This document shows, piece after piece, positions 27,228-35,390 of a stretch of 36,265 bases of DNA. Positions within the stretch are counted from its first letter, which is position 1, and every line of letters begins with the position of its first letter. This stretch comes from a virus (taxonomy: Duplodnaviria > Caudoviricetes): positions 1 to 36,265 of the IMG/VR virus record IMGVR_UViG_3300020161_002845; one strand, given 5' to 3'. The notes beneath the pieces were generated by a model. That model saw nothing but the letters and a program-made list of their open reading frames with translations. It made no database searches and had not been told where the DNA came from. The position numbers and the translations under genes were made by a program.

Positions 27228-27978
27228 GCACAATCTCCAAGAAGCGGCGGTTGGTTACCAGCAGCCAGCGCCGCTCACCGTAGTCGATACGCACGCATGT
27301 CGATGCGCGTAGACGAACCGCCAACGATTTTGGCAGTGAGTAGCTTTTCTGGTCTACGACCGAGAGCGTCTGCGTGACCTCTTCCTCGTTGAATTCGACG
27401 TTATCCTCGCAGAAGAGCCCCACACTGGTTGCGTTGGGAGCCGTGAACTCGATCAGCAGCGCTGGGATTTTCCCAGTCCGGAGCGCCTGCACCCGAATAA
27501 ACTCCAGGTCCCGCAGGTCTACGGTGAAGTGATCCTGGTCGGTGAACTTGTGGTCTACCAGTGCGATAGCGTTGGCGACGTCACGCTTCTTGTGCGGCCT
27601 CGCTCCGGAGCCGGGCTGGGCAGTACCGTCGATCTTCTTGGCGAGTCGCGCCTCCTTGATTCGCGCCCGCTCGTAGTATGAAAGCACGTCTGCGTTTGCC
27701 TCCTCGATTGCGCGTACGTGCGCGTCCGAATCGTAAATCGTGGTAGAGCTTAACGTCCAGTTCAGATGCAGCAGCCGAGGCAGCAGAACGTTTCGTAACA
27801 ACTGGTCTCCCTGCACTCCCGCAGGTATACCGGTGATGATCGCGGTCCCACTGCTGTGGCTGATCACGCGGGTGTTCGGGGTGTTTATATCAGCGTGGAT
27901 GAACAGACCGCGGACGCACACCTGTGCCTCGACAGCCCGTGTAACACCACTTGTCGTTATGATATCCAGGCGCGGCAT
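27217..27978 (-). CDS. PD-(D/E)xK phage resolvase-like endonuclease
   Basis: EARLAKKIDG..PGSGA..KRDV..VDHKFT..GKIPALLIEF pattern of phage Hjc-like resolvases. Confidence 0.6.
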   Translation of the reverse strand: MPRLDIITTSGVTRAVEAQVCVRGLFIHADINTPNTRVISHSSGTAIITGIPAGVQGDQLLRNVLLPRLLHLNWTLSSTTIYDSDAHVRAIEEANADVLSYYERARIKEARLAKKIDGTAQPGSGARPHKKRDVANAIALVDHKFTDQDHFTVDLRDLEFIRVQALRTGKIPALLIEFTAPNATSVGLFCEDNVEFNEEEVTQTLSVVDQKSYSLPKSLAVRLRASTCVRIDYGERRWLLVTNRRFLEIVHGA

Positions 27979-27996
27979 GACATCCCCTCGCAGAAA

Positions 27997-29139
27997 TTAG
28001 CGCCCCGATAGCGCAGCGTAGGTGGCTTCGCGTATGACTGGCTGCAGTTCCGGACGTTCGCGTACGAACTCGACCACGCCGGCCAACCCACCCTCGATCT
28101 TGTCTTCGTATCCCTGGATGGTGTAGTTCTTGCCACGCTGCTGAACTACTCCGTACTCATTCGCGACTGTGCAGAGGTCTTTGACCAAGTCGACGCCAAC
28201 TCCGTCAATCCAGTCGTACTCGCCTTCGGCACCTTCCGGCATGCCGTGCTTGCCTTTGGCGATCTTCCAACCGACCGTCTTTCCGATTCTGTTCTGGCCC
28301 TTCTTGACCACCCCGGTTGGCTTCAAGTGCAGGTCGACCGCTTTCGCGTGCTCTAGCGCGTGGCCGCTCGTGGCGATGGTTGGCTTGAACTTCGCGGTGT
28401 ACGAGTTCAGGTTGGCACGCACGGGATTGATGACGCCGAGCGTCGTCAAGTTGGGCTCCCCTGTCGGGAGTGCACGTCGAATGGTCGTGTACCAGCGCGT
28501 GCAGAACTGCGCCATGAGTCGTGACCAAGTGGCGATCTTCACGTCTTCGTGGAGTTCCTTGACCACGTTGTCGCGCGTCTCGCCGCTGCCCAGCTCGTTG
28601 ATCAGACCCACTTGGAAGATGCCTGAGTTCACCAACTCGATAACGCCTTCCATGATTGTCTCAGCGGGCGCTGACGCTGCTTCCTCTACATCGCCGAGTT
28701 CCAGAAAGACAATACGTCCCGTGGTGGAACCACGCTGCTCGGGCGTGGCCTCCTCCGGGTCGATGTCCATCATCTGAAGTTCTTGATCTGAGTACGCAAT
28801 CTGCATACCGCACAGACGCATGAAGTCCAGGTCTGCTTGGTAGCCGAAACTACACCAGAACATGAAGCTCTCATCTCCGTACAGCCGCTGGTTCTCGGCC
28901 ATGGTGAGATTGATGAGCGCGTCTTTGCCGATGCCATCGGGACCGTGCACCTGGATGATCGACCCGCCGGGCCAGCCGCCCATCAGCTGCGAATCCACGG
29001 ACATGATCCCCGTAGGTCTACGGATGTGAAAGGCCGACTTGTGTTTCTCCGGTGTGACTGCGCGTACGGCACCGCCGTACTTGTCAGTCAACCGATTCAT
29101 CACTTCGTCGAATTTGTTTTGGTTGACACTTGGTGGCAC
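27997..29139 (-). CDS. recA: RecA/UvsX-like recombinase with atypical Walker motifs
   Basis: PTGIMSVDSQLMGGWPGGSIIQVHGPDGIGKD, INPVRANL, SGHALEH, KIAKGK and GVDLVKDL match the RecA layout. Confidence 0.8.
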   Translation of the reverse strand: MPPSVNQNKFDEVMNRLTDKYGGAVRAVTPEKHKSAFHIRRPTGIMSVDSQLMGGWPGGSIIQVHGPDGIGKDALINLTMAENQRLYGDESFMFWCSFGYQADLDFMRLCGMQIAYSDQELQMMDIDPEEATPEQRGSTTGRIVFLELGDVEEAASAPAETIMEGVIELVNSGIFQVGLINELGSGETRDNVVKELHEDVKIATWSRLMAQFCTRWYTTIRRALPTGEPNLTTLGVINPVRANLNSYTAKFKPTIATSGHALEHAKAVDLHLKPTGVVKKGQNRIGKTVGWKIAKGKHGMPEGAEGEYDWIDGVGVDLVKDLCTVANEYGVVQQRGKNYTIQGYEDKIEGGLAGVVEFVRERPELQPVIREATYAALSGR

Positions 29140-29273
29140 GTCTTAACCTCTTGCTTTGGCGGGTAGTTTCCACTTGCGACCAGCTCAACTGCATGCTGCT
29201 CGGAACAACCGGTCTCTTGCATCGCCTTCTGCACGAGCGCCATGTCGACGTTCGTATACTTAGTCTTCAACAT
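29100..29273 (-). CDS. Small hypothetical protein (57 aa), UBA-like helical pattern; absent from the ORF track
   Basis: AAGGAG RBS, ATG 29273. MLKTKYTNVDMALVQKAMQETGCSEQHAVELVASGNYPPK.. Confidence 0.55.
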   Translation of the reverse strand: MLKTKYTNVDMALVQKAMQETGCSEQHAVELVASGNYPPKQEVKTCHQVSTKTNSTK

Positions 29274-29283
29274 CGCTCCTTAG

Positions 29284-29298
29284 TATTAACGGTTAATA
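29284..29298. repeat. 15-bp palindrome site 13 (TATTAACGGTTAATA)
   Basis: Intergenic, between the polA stop and the next RBS; perfect. Confidence 0.95.
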
Positions 29299-29310
29299 TC
29301 CCCCGTGTGA

Positions 29311-31233
29311 TTACTTGCACATGCTCCAGTTATCTCCATACTTTCCGCTGGTGCGGAGCGGAATGGACAGGTCGAAGGGCAGCGGGTGTTCCATGTGCTT
29401 ACAGAGCCGCCGCTCGAATTGCGCGTCACCTTCCATTTCATCCGGAATGCAGTAGACAACCTCATCATGCACGTTGAGCTGCATCTTCAACGCGCAGGCC
29501 GTGAGGTACTCGTCCTCGTACACACGAATCATTGCAAGCTTGGCGATCTCGGCCGCCGTGCCTTGGATGCGTGAGTTCTTGATCTTACGGATAGCGCCAG
29601 CGCGGTCCGCGTTGATGGACGAGTACAAGCCGGGCAGCTGACGACGCCGGCCGAGGATAGTCGTGCAGTACCCCTGCGCTTCAGACTCCGCAATCGCCGT
29701 TGTGAAGTAGCGCTTCACACCGGGGAACGCGGCGAAGTACCGCTCCATGAGCGCCTTCGCGTCGTCTACGGTGATCTTCAGTTCGCGCGCCAGCTTGTTC
29801 GGACCCATGCCGTATACAAGACCGAAGCCGATGCTCTTTGCCGCTTTCCGGTAGTAGAGCAGTTTGCCTTCGTACTCTGTGAGCGGAGTGAACGGTTGCT
29901 TGGCTTTCTTGGCCTTCGCGATTTCGTCGTCACGCTCCTTGGCATCGATGATGTCTTGGTACGGGACTTTGAACATCAACGAGGCGCACCAAGCGTGCAG
30001 ATCCTTGCCGTCGATAATGGCAGCTATCAGGTTGTCGTCGCCGCTGAAGTGTGCGAGTACGCACATTTCGAGCTGCTGGTAGTCTCGGGCGCCCATCTTC
30101 GTATTGGGCTCGGAGATGTACGCGTCTCGGATGTAGACCGGCTGATTCTGGAGGTTCGGGTTACTGGACGAGAGGCGGCCGGTACGTGCACCGGTCTGAT
30201 TAAACGACGTATGCAGACGTCCATCTTTGCCGATTAGCTTGATGATGCCGCGGACATACGTGTTGAGCTTCTTGCTGATGTCGCGGTGCTTGAGTAGCTG
30301 CTCCGCGAACTCGTCACCGTCGCCGGCAATCTTAGCCAGCCACTTCTTTGCCAGCTGCGGTTGACCGGACGCCGTGTAGCTGGGCGGTTCGTAGCCCAAG
30401 CGCTCAAAGAAGAGCTGGCACATCTGCGGAGTGCTCTTCAGATTGATGACCGGATTTCGCGTCTCGCGGACGAACCAGCGCTGAATCTCCTGCAGCTGGT
30501 GGTCGAGTTCCGGTGCGATCTGGAGCAGGTGCTGCTTGTTGATCGCGACACCGTTGCGCTCACACTCGTAAAGGACGCGCGTGAACGGTACCTCGGTCCG
30601 CAGGAAGTACTCCCACAGGGTCGGGTACCACGGATTCCCTGTCTCCATCGAGATGAGTTCTTGGCGAATAGCGACGAACAAACGCAGGGTCGCATACGCG
30701 TCTAAGCCTGCGTAGTTTGCGACTACGCTCTCGTTGGCAGGGTCTAGAAACAAGTCCTTGAGTGGGATCTTCTTCTTCAACCACGGGCCGAACACCTTGG
30801 TGAATTCCACCATTCGGATTCCGAGGTATTCGCGGGCGGCCAGCTTCAGCGTGTGCGGCCGGTCGTCATACGCCAGTGCATGCATTACCATGGCGTCGAA
30901 CACGCGGTAGTTTGCGCGGGGGCAGCGACGGTAGATGTCGATGCCTGCCTTCAGAAGCATCCATGTATCGAAGTTGGCGTTCCACATGATGAGCTTCAGC
31001 TCAGGGTCTTCCAGGTACTCACGGAAGAACGGGAACGCCTCTGGAAAGATTACGTAGCGGTTGTGACCGGTGGAAAGAGAGATGATTACCGCGTAGTCTC
31101 TCGACCTCCGAAGACCGGTCGTCTCGGTATCGAGGGCCACCACACGGAATTGCTGTAGCTCTGCCAGAGCATCGGCGGCCTGCTCGCGCGTCCGCACGAT
31201 AGTCGAAATGGGCAGAACCTCGAAGCGACCCAT
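29311..31233 (-). CDS. polA: DNA polymerase family A with 3'-5' exonuclease
   Basis: Exo motifs LDTETTG, NANFD, YAGLDA. TGRLSSSNPNLQN, motif A DYQQLE, motif B RKAAKSIGFGLVYG, motif C VHDE. Confidence 0.93.
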   Translation of the reverse strand: MGRFEVLPISTIVRTREQAADALAELQQFRVVALDTETTGLRRSRDYAVIISLSTGHNRYVIFPEAFPFFREYLEDPELKLIMWNANFDTWMLLKAGIDIYRRCPRANYRVFDAMVMHALAYDDRPHTLKLAAREYLGIRMVEFTKVFGPWLKKKIPLKDLFLDPANESVVANYAGLDAYATLRLFVAIRQELISMETGNPWYPTLWEYFLRTEVPFTRVLYECERNGVAINKQHLLQIAPELDHQLQEIQRWFVRETRNPVINLKSTPQMCQLFFERLGYEPPSYTASGQPQLAKKWLAKIAGDGDEFAEQLLKHRDISKKLNTYVRGIIKLIGKDGRLHTSFNQTGARTGRLSSSNPNLQNQPVYIRDAYISEPNTKMGARDYQQLEMCVLAHFSGDDNLIAAIIDGKDLHAWCASLMFKVPYQDIIDAKERDDEIAKAKKAKQPFTPLTEYEGKLLYYRKAAKSIGFGLVYGMGPNKLARELKITVDDAKALMERYFAAFPGVKRYFTTAIAESEAQGYCTTILGRRRQLPGLYSSINADRAGAIRKIKNSRIQGTAAEIAKLAMIRVYEDEYLTACALKMQLNVHDEVVYCIPDEMEGDAQFERRLCKHMEHPLPFDLSIPLRTSGKYGDNWSMCK

Positions 31234-31241
31234 ACGCCCTC

Positions 31242-31256
31242 TATTAACCGTTAATA
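31242..31256. repeat. 15-bp palindrome site 14 (TATTAACCGTTAATA)
   Basis: Intergenic, abutting the polA RBS; perfect. Confidence 0.95.
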
Positions 31257-31330
31257 TTTGAGATGGTACGAGAGAGGCAGGACGGGCATTTCAACCCGCG
31301 AGCCGGATTTGCACCGGTGCTACTACGCGC

Positions 31331-32680
31331 TCAACCCTCCCAGGGGGTCGAGTCGTCGTCGCTCTCCGCGGGAGCGGCGTTGATTGCCGCGTCCAGCTCC
31401 TTCTGCGCCGCCGCGATGTCGAACGGAATCTCGTTGGTTTCGAGACCCAGTTCGCGCATCTGCTCCGTGAGTGGCATGGTGTCGAACAGCGTCTTGAGCG
31501 GCGGGATCTTGCTGAACTCGAATCCGGTCGTCTCGGGGAGCGCGTTCGGGTCGTACGCCGCAAAGTCAACCACGGTGAACGACGGACTGCGGCCGTTCTG
31601 CTCGGTCTTGAGCGTGATCACGCAGTCCCAGGGGTCGAGCATGAGACCCTCGCCACAGCCCTGTACCCAGCGCTTGTTCGGCCCCATGCCCTTCTGCTTC
31701 AGGCACTCGTAGACCAGTTTGGCCTTCGCGGTGGTCTGACAGTTTCCGCAAGTGACTTCCTGCTCGCGGTAGAGTTCCTCGTCCTCCCGACTCACGTTGT
31801 AGTTGGGGTCTTCGGCCGCGAGCTTGTGGTCCCCGTAGCACGCCCCGCATGACGGGCATTCGTAGCGGTACACCGAGAGGGTGCCTTCGCGGCACGTTGC
31901 ACAGGTGTCGCTGATCTTCTCCAGCGCACGTTCGAGGATCTTCTTGTGCGTGGGGTATATGGACCAGTGCACGGTGCGCCCGAACAGGGGGGTGTCTCCC
32001 TCGTTGCAGTACTCGCACAAAGACTGCTCCTGCGCGTTCTTGCCTGCGCAGCGCTCCCAGTAGATGTTGACGTACTCCCCATTCTTCTGCTCGATGCGGT
32101 GGAACCCTTCAAGAAGCTCCACCTCGACACCGTAGTACTCGCCCGCCTCGTACGGTGAGCGCTGTCCGTCCGCTGCGCCCTGCATTCCCAGCTTGTATAG
32201 CAGCAGGCACGGGTAATCCTCCCGTGCACCATTGTGCGCGTTTGAGATACAGAAGTGATTCTGCCCCTTCACCTTGACCCAGGCGGCCATATAGTGGAAG
32301 AACGGCTCGCCGTTTGCCTGCCGGCGGAATCGCAGTGTCACCGGCTCGAAGTCGATCCAGTGTCGGTCGGCCGGACGATTCTTCTCGCCCGGGTCCTGCA
32401 CCGGCTGCCAGCGCCCGTCGCGGCGTACCTTCCAAGGCGCCGAACTGTTCCCGCCCTTTCCCCGCTGTCGTGCAGTCTGCTTGGCCGTCTGTCCGGCCTT
32501 GCTGCCGACCCACGCTCTCCACGTTCCGCCGCCGCCGCTGCCGCTGTTGCCGCCCCCGGCACTACTGCCACCACCACCACCACCACCACCACCACCCCGA
32601 TTTCCGGGACGCTGACTGCCGGTGTTCCGAGGACCTGGACCGGCGCTGCCGGTACCCTTACGCAACCGTGGATCTGCCAT
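31331..32680 (-). CDS. Probable ssDNA-binding protein with zinc ribbons
   Basis: Lies between primase and polymerase. Four CxxC pairs (CEYC, CATC, CPSC, CGNC), a Gly-rich N-terminus and the acidic tail ESDDDSTPWEG. ATG 32680 has a GGAG RBS. Confidence 0.5.
   Translation of the reverse strand: MADPRLRKGTGSAGPGPRNTGSQRPGNRGGGGGGGGGGSSAGGGNSGSGGGGTWRAWVGSKAGQTAKQTARQRGKGGNSSAPWKVRRDGRWQPVQDPGEKNRPADRHWIDFEPVTLRFRRQANGEPFFHYMAAWVKVKGQNHFCISNAHNGAREDYPCLLLYKLGMQGAADGQRSPYEAGEYYGVEVELLEGFHRIEQKNGEYVNIYWERCAGKNAQEQSLCEYCNEGDTPLFGRTVHWSIYPTHKKILERALEKISDTCATCREGTLSVYRYECPSCGACYGDHKLAAEDPNYNVSREDEELYREQEVTCGNCQTTAKAKLVYECLKQKGMGPNKRWVQGCGEGLMLDPWDCVITLKTEQNGRSPSFTVVDFAAYDPNALPETTGFEFSKIPPLKTLFDTMPLTEQMRELGLETNEIPFDIAAAQKELDAAINAAPAESDDDSTPWEG
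32568..32594. repeat. (CCA)9 trinucleotide repeat encoding poly-Gly
   Basis: Read directly from the sequence; in frame in the SSB-like gene. Confidence 0.85.
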
Positions 32681-33680
32681 ATACGTCACTCCATGCCCCT
32701 GGTGTAAGCGGTTCCGTGACTGCTGTCTGCACGGCCGCGAGGTCGAGATCGTCGGGACTTACGTCTCTTCCTTGATAGTCAGCGATTTTGAAGTCGAAAC
32801 TCCGATTGCGGTCTCGACTGAGACGACTGATGGTCTTGCGTGTAGCGGCTTGGCCGGGCGCATCATTGTCGAGGAACAATATCACATCGTTCGCAACGCG
32901 GTTGAGCAAAAATACTTGATGTGGTGAAATGTACGTCCCAAAGGCGGCGACCACGTTTGGGAACCCGCACTGCGCCACCCACATGGCGGCTTTGAACCCC
33001 TCGCAGACGATGAGCGGCGGCTGGGGCGTCCCTGACCGCATACGCGTTTCGTAGAGAAGATGCAAGCCCCAAAGTACCTTGCTCTTATCAAGACTGTAGC
33101 CGGGCGTGTACTGTGCTAATTCCTCCTTATAGATATAGTAGCGTGGTTGCTGCCAGTCTCGGGTGGCTCGTCCGGATATTCCTACAAGAACCCCCCGGTG
33201 GTCTCGAATTGGGAAGGTGATCCGTTTGAGGGTTCGGTCGAACCCGATCTCGTGTCGGCGCAGTATCTCGTCTGTGAATATGTCGGCGAGCTGCGTGGGC
33301 TTGAATTCGTACAAGACCAGCAGCATCTCCGGGACGTTCTTGAAGACAAAGTCTCCACCCCGCACACGCGACCGCTTCTTCGCCGTCTCCGCGTATAAAC
33401 GGTTAATATCCGCGGCGGCTCTTACCTCACTGCGGGGGGCGCCAAGCTCCACCAAGAGCGTCTGTAGGTTCCAGCCGCGGTCGCACGTGTGGCAGAACGC
33501 CGCACCCGGGAACTTGTTGTCCGTGGGCGGGCCGATGTAGAGGTAGAAGGATGGCGTGGTCTGTAGACGACCTGGACTGTGGAATGGGCAGTGGACGGGG
33601 ATATTATCCGAACCCTCGGCGTAGTTGCCAAAGGTGAGATACTTCCCGAGGATGCCCAAAAGCTCCTCGGCGGAGTACAT
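32658..33680 (-). CDS. DnaG-like DNA primase
   Basis: Zn finger CPFH..CHTC, ITFPIRD..GISGR, TOPRIM motifs VCEG and LFLDND. Confidence 0.88.
   Translation of the reverse strand: MYSAEELLGILGKYLTFGNYAEGSDNIPVHCPFHSPGRLQTTPSFYLYIGPPTDNKFPGAAFCHTCDRGWNLQTLLVELGAPRSEVRAAADINRLYAETAKKRSRVRGGDFVFKNVPEMLLVLYEFKPTQLADIFTDEILRRHEIGFDRTLKRITFPIRDHRGVLVGISGRATRDWQQPRYYIYKEELAQYTPGYSLDKSKVLWGLHLLYETRMRSGTPQPPLIVCEGFKAAMWVAQCGFPNVVAAFGTYISPHQVFLLNRVANDVILFLDNDAPGQAATRKTISRLSRDRNRSFDFKIADYQGRDVSPDDLDLAAVQTAVTEPLTPGAWSDVYGRSTVA
33394..33408. repeat. 15-bp palindrome site 15 (TATAAACGGTTAATA)
   Basis: Inside the primase gene, DINRLY; 1 mismatch. Confidence 0.9.
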
Positions 33681-33682
33681 GG

Positions 33683-35119
33683 CTATTCCTCGTCGTCAGG
33701 GTCGAAGGGCAACTCGGCTAGGTCTTGACTGAGTTCATCAGTCGGTTCCTCGACCGCCGTGTACCTCGATGTGAACGCATCTGCGCCGGTAGCAGGGGGT
33801 GCGGCAGGGGGCGCAGGCTCTGCGGCTTTACTCTTATTGTCGTCGTCCTCGTCACCTTTGTGGAGGTGGAGTCCCGCGAATTCGAAGTTCTCTGCCAACT
33901 TTGCATGGATGGTGAATCCTGGAAAGTTGGTCTCTCGGCAGGCTGCGAAGTGCAGGGACACCTCGTCCAGATAGTCGTTGCAAACCAGCTTGATGCCGAC
34001 GTCGCAGTCGGCGGCAATGCCAGTGAACATGGCGATTGACGCAGTGCCTCGCCCTTTGTACTTGGCGGCGGCTTTCTCGTTTTCCTGCATGATGCAAGCG
34101 GTGGGCACGCCTGTAGACTTGGCAACCTGCTTCAGATTACGGGTGGTCGCACCAATAGCTTTCCAGTCCATGGCATCCACGATGCCCTGAATCTGGAGGA
34201 GGTACGCGGAGTCGAGTAGCACGAACGCGGGCTCGTACATGTCGATCTTTTGCCGTACCTCGGACGGGCCGCCGATACTTCCATCAGGTCGGTCGCAGTC
34301 CGTGAAGATCAACTCGCCCGAGAACTCCGCGTTGTCCGACTTGAGCAGCGCCAACGCGGTCAGCATGCGGTGCAGCTCAGCGCGCGTGAGCAGGTTTTTC
34401 TTGAACCTGTCGTAGCTCACTTTGCCGATGATGCAGGCCAACCGTTGGCGAATCTGCTTCCACATCATCTCTTTCGAGTACACCAGCACGCGGTACCCGA
34501 GGAGAAATAGATGCGCGGCGATTACCAGACCAATCCACGTTTTGCGGCTCTTTGGGACCGCCCAGAACAGCAGCATGTCACCGGGCTGAATGCCACCGGT
34601 GTGCTGGTTCATGATGTCCCACGGGTACGGCAATCCGGTAACGCCGTCGTTCTCGGCGATTGACCGCAAGTCCATGAGAATGTCGTCGTATGCCTGTTGG
34701 CGGAACGAGACATCCCGTGAGTTGGTTTGAAGCGCCTGCATGCACCCAAGGGACGAGTACAAGCTGGCCGCCGCCGCGATTGGGTCGTCGCTTTCTTCCT
34801 CGCGGTACTGGTCTATCAGAAGCTCGGTCTGCCTCCGTGTATGCGCTTGCTTTACGCGGAGGCAGAGGTCGAGCAGGTTCTCGCTAGGGTTCGGTAGGTC
34901 GAGAGTCGGAAACGACTCCAGGATGGCATCCAGGCTCGGAACAAAGCCGTATCGATGCGGTCGTGTGTAGTGTGCGTGTACATGCGCCCAGACGGATCTG
35001 GATTCCATGCCGTACAGCACTGACTGTGTAACACCGTCGCTGAGAACTCGCTTGAACGCCTCGCTGGGGTCTTCGTCTATCAGGATCCCGGCAAGTAACT
35101 CCAGCTCCCAGTTGGCCAT
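33683..35119 (-). CDS. DnaB-like (SF4) replicative helicase
   Basis: GLPYPWDIMNQHTGGIQPGD, Walker A-like AVPKSRKT, YSKEM, Walker B LLDSAY, LKQVAKSTGVP..Q; adjacent to the primase. Confidence 0.85.
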   Translation of the reverse strand: MANWELELLAGILIDEDPSEAFKRVLSDGVTQSVLYGMESRSVWAHVHAHYTRPHRYGFVPSLDAILESFPTLDLPNPSENLLDLCLRVKQAHTRRQTELLIDQYREEESDDPIAAAASLYSSLGCMQALQTNSRDVSFRQQAYDDILMDLRSIAENDGVTGLPYPWDIMNQHTGGIQPGDMLLFWAVPKSRKTWIGLVIAAHLFLLGYRVLVYSKEMMWKQIRQRLACIIGKVSYDRFKKNLLTRAELHRMLTALALLKSDNAEFSGELIFTDCDRPDGSIGGPSEVRQKIDMYEPAFVLLDSAYLLQIQGIVDAMDWKAIGATTRNLKQVAKSTGVPTACIMQENEKAAAKYKGRGTASIAMFTGIAADCDVGIKLVCNDYLDEVSLHFAACRETNFPGFTIHAKLAENFEFAGLHLHKGDEDDDNKSKAAEPAPPAAPPATGADAFTSRYTAVEEPTDELSQDLAELPFDPDDEE

Positions 35120-35129
35120 TGGGCACCCG

Positions 35130-35390
35130 TCATTTCTTCACAGCAGTGGAGCAGGCATTGTACGCCGCTTGCTCCACAAATGCAACAAGCGTGCCAGTCG
35201 TCTTGGCCACGTCGGCGTCGGTCTCCAAACTTGCGAAAGAGGTCTGCGTTGGCACCTTGTTGTCGCCGACCAGGAAACCGATTGTGGCGTTGACTCGAAA
35301 CGAGCCTCCAGGCTCTCGGGTGATGTGCAATTCCAGCAGATGCGGGCCGACCGCGGTCTGCATGAATTCGGCGAGCTTGTTATTTGCCAT
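35130..35390 (-). CDS. Hypothetical protein (86 aa)
   Basis: Start MANNKL at 35390 with a GGAG RBS, overlapping the upstream stop. Confidence 0.6.
   Translation of the reverse strand: MANNKLAEFMQTAVGPHLLELHITREPGGSFRVNATIGFLVGDNKVPTQTSFASLETDADVAKTTGTLVAFVEQAAYNACSTAVKK

Noticed and set aside
31283-31330. tRNA gene
   Set aside because: Only T-arm-like hairpins are present, with no room or pairing for a full cloverleaf.
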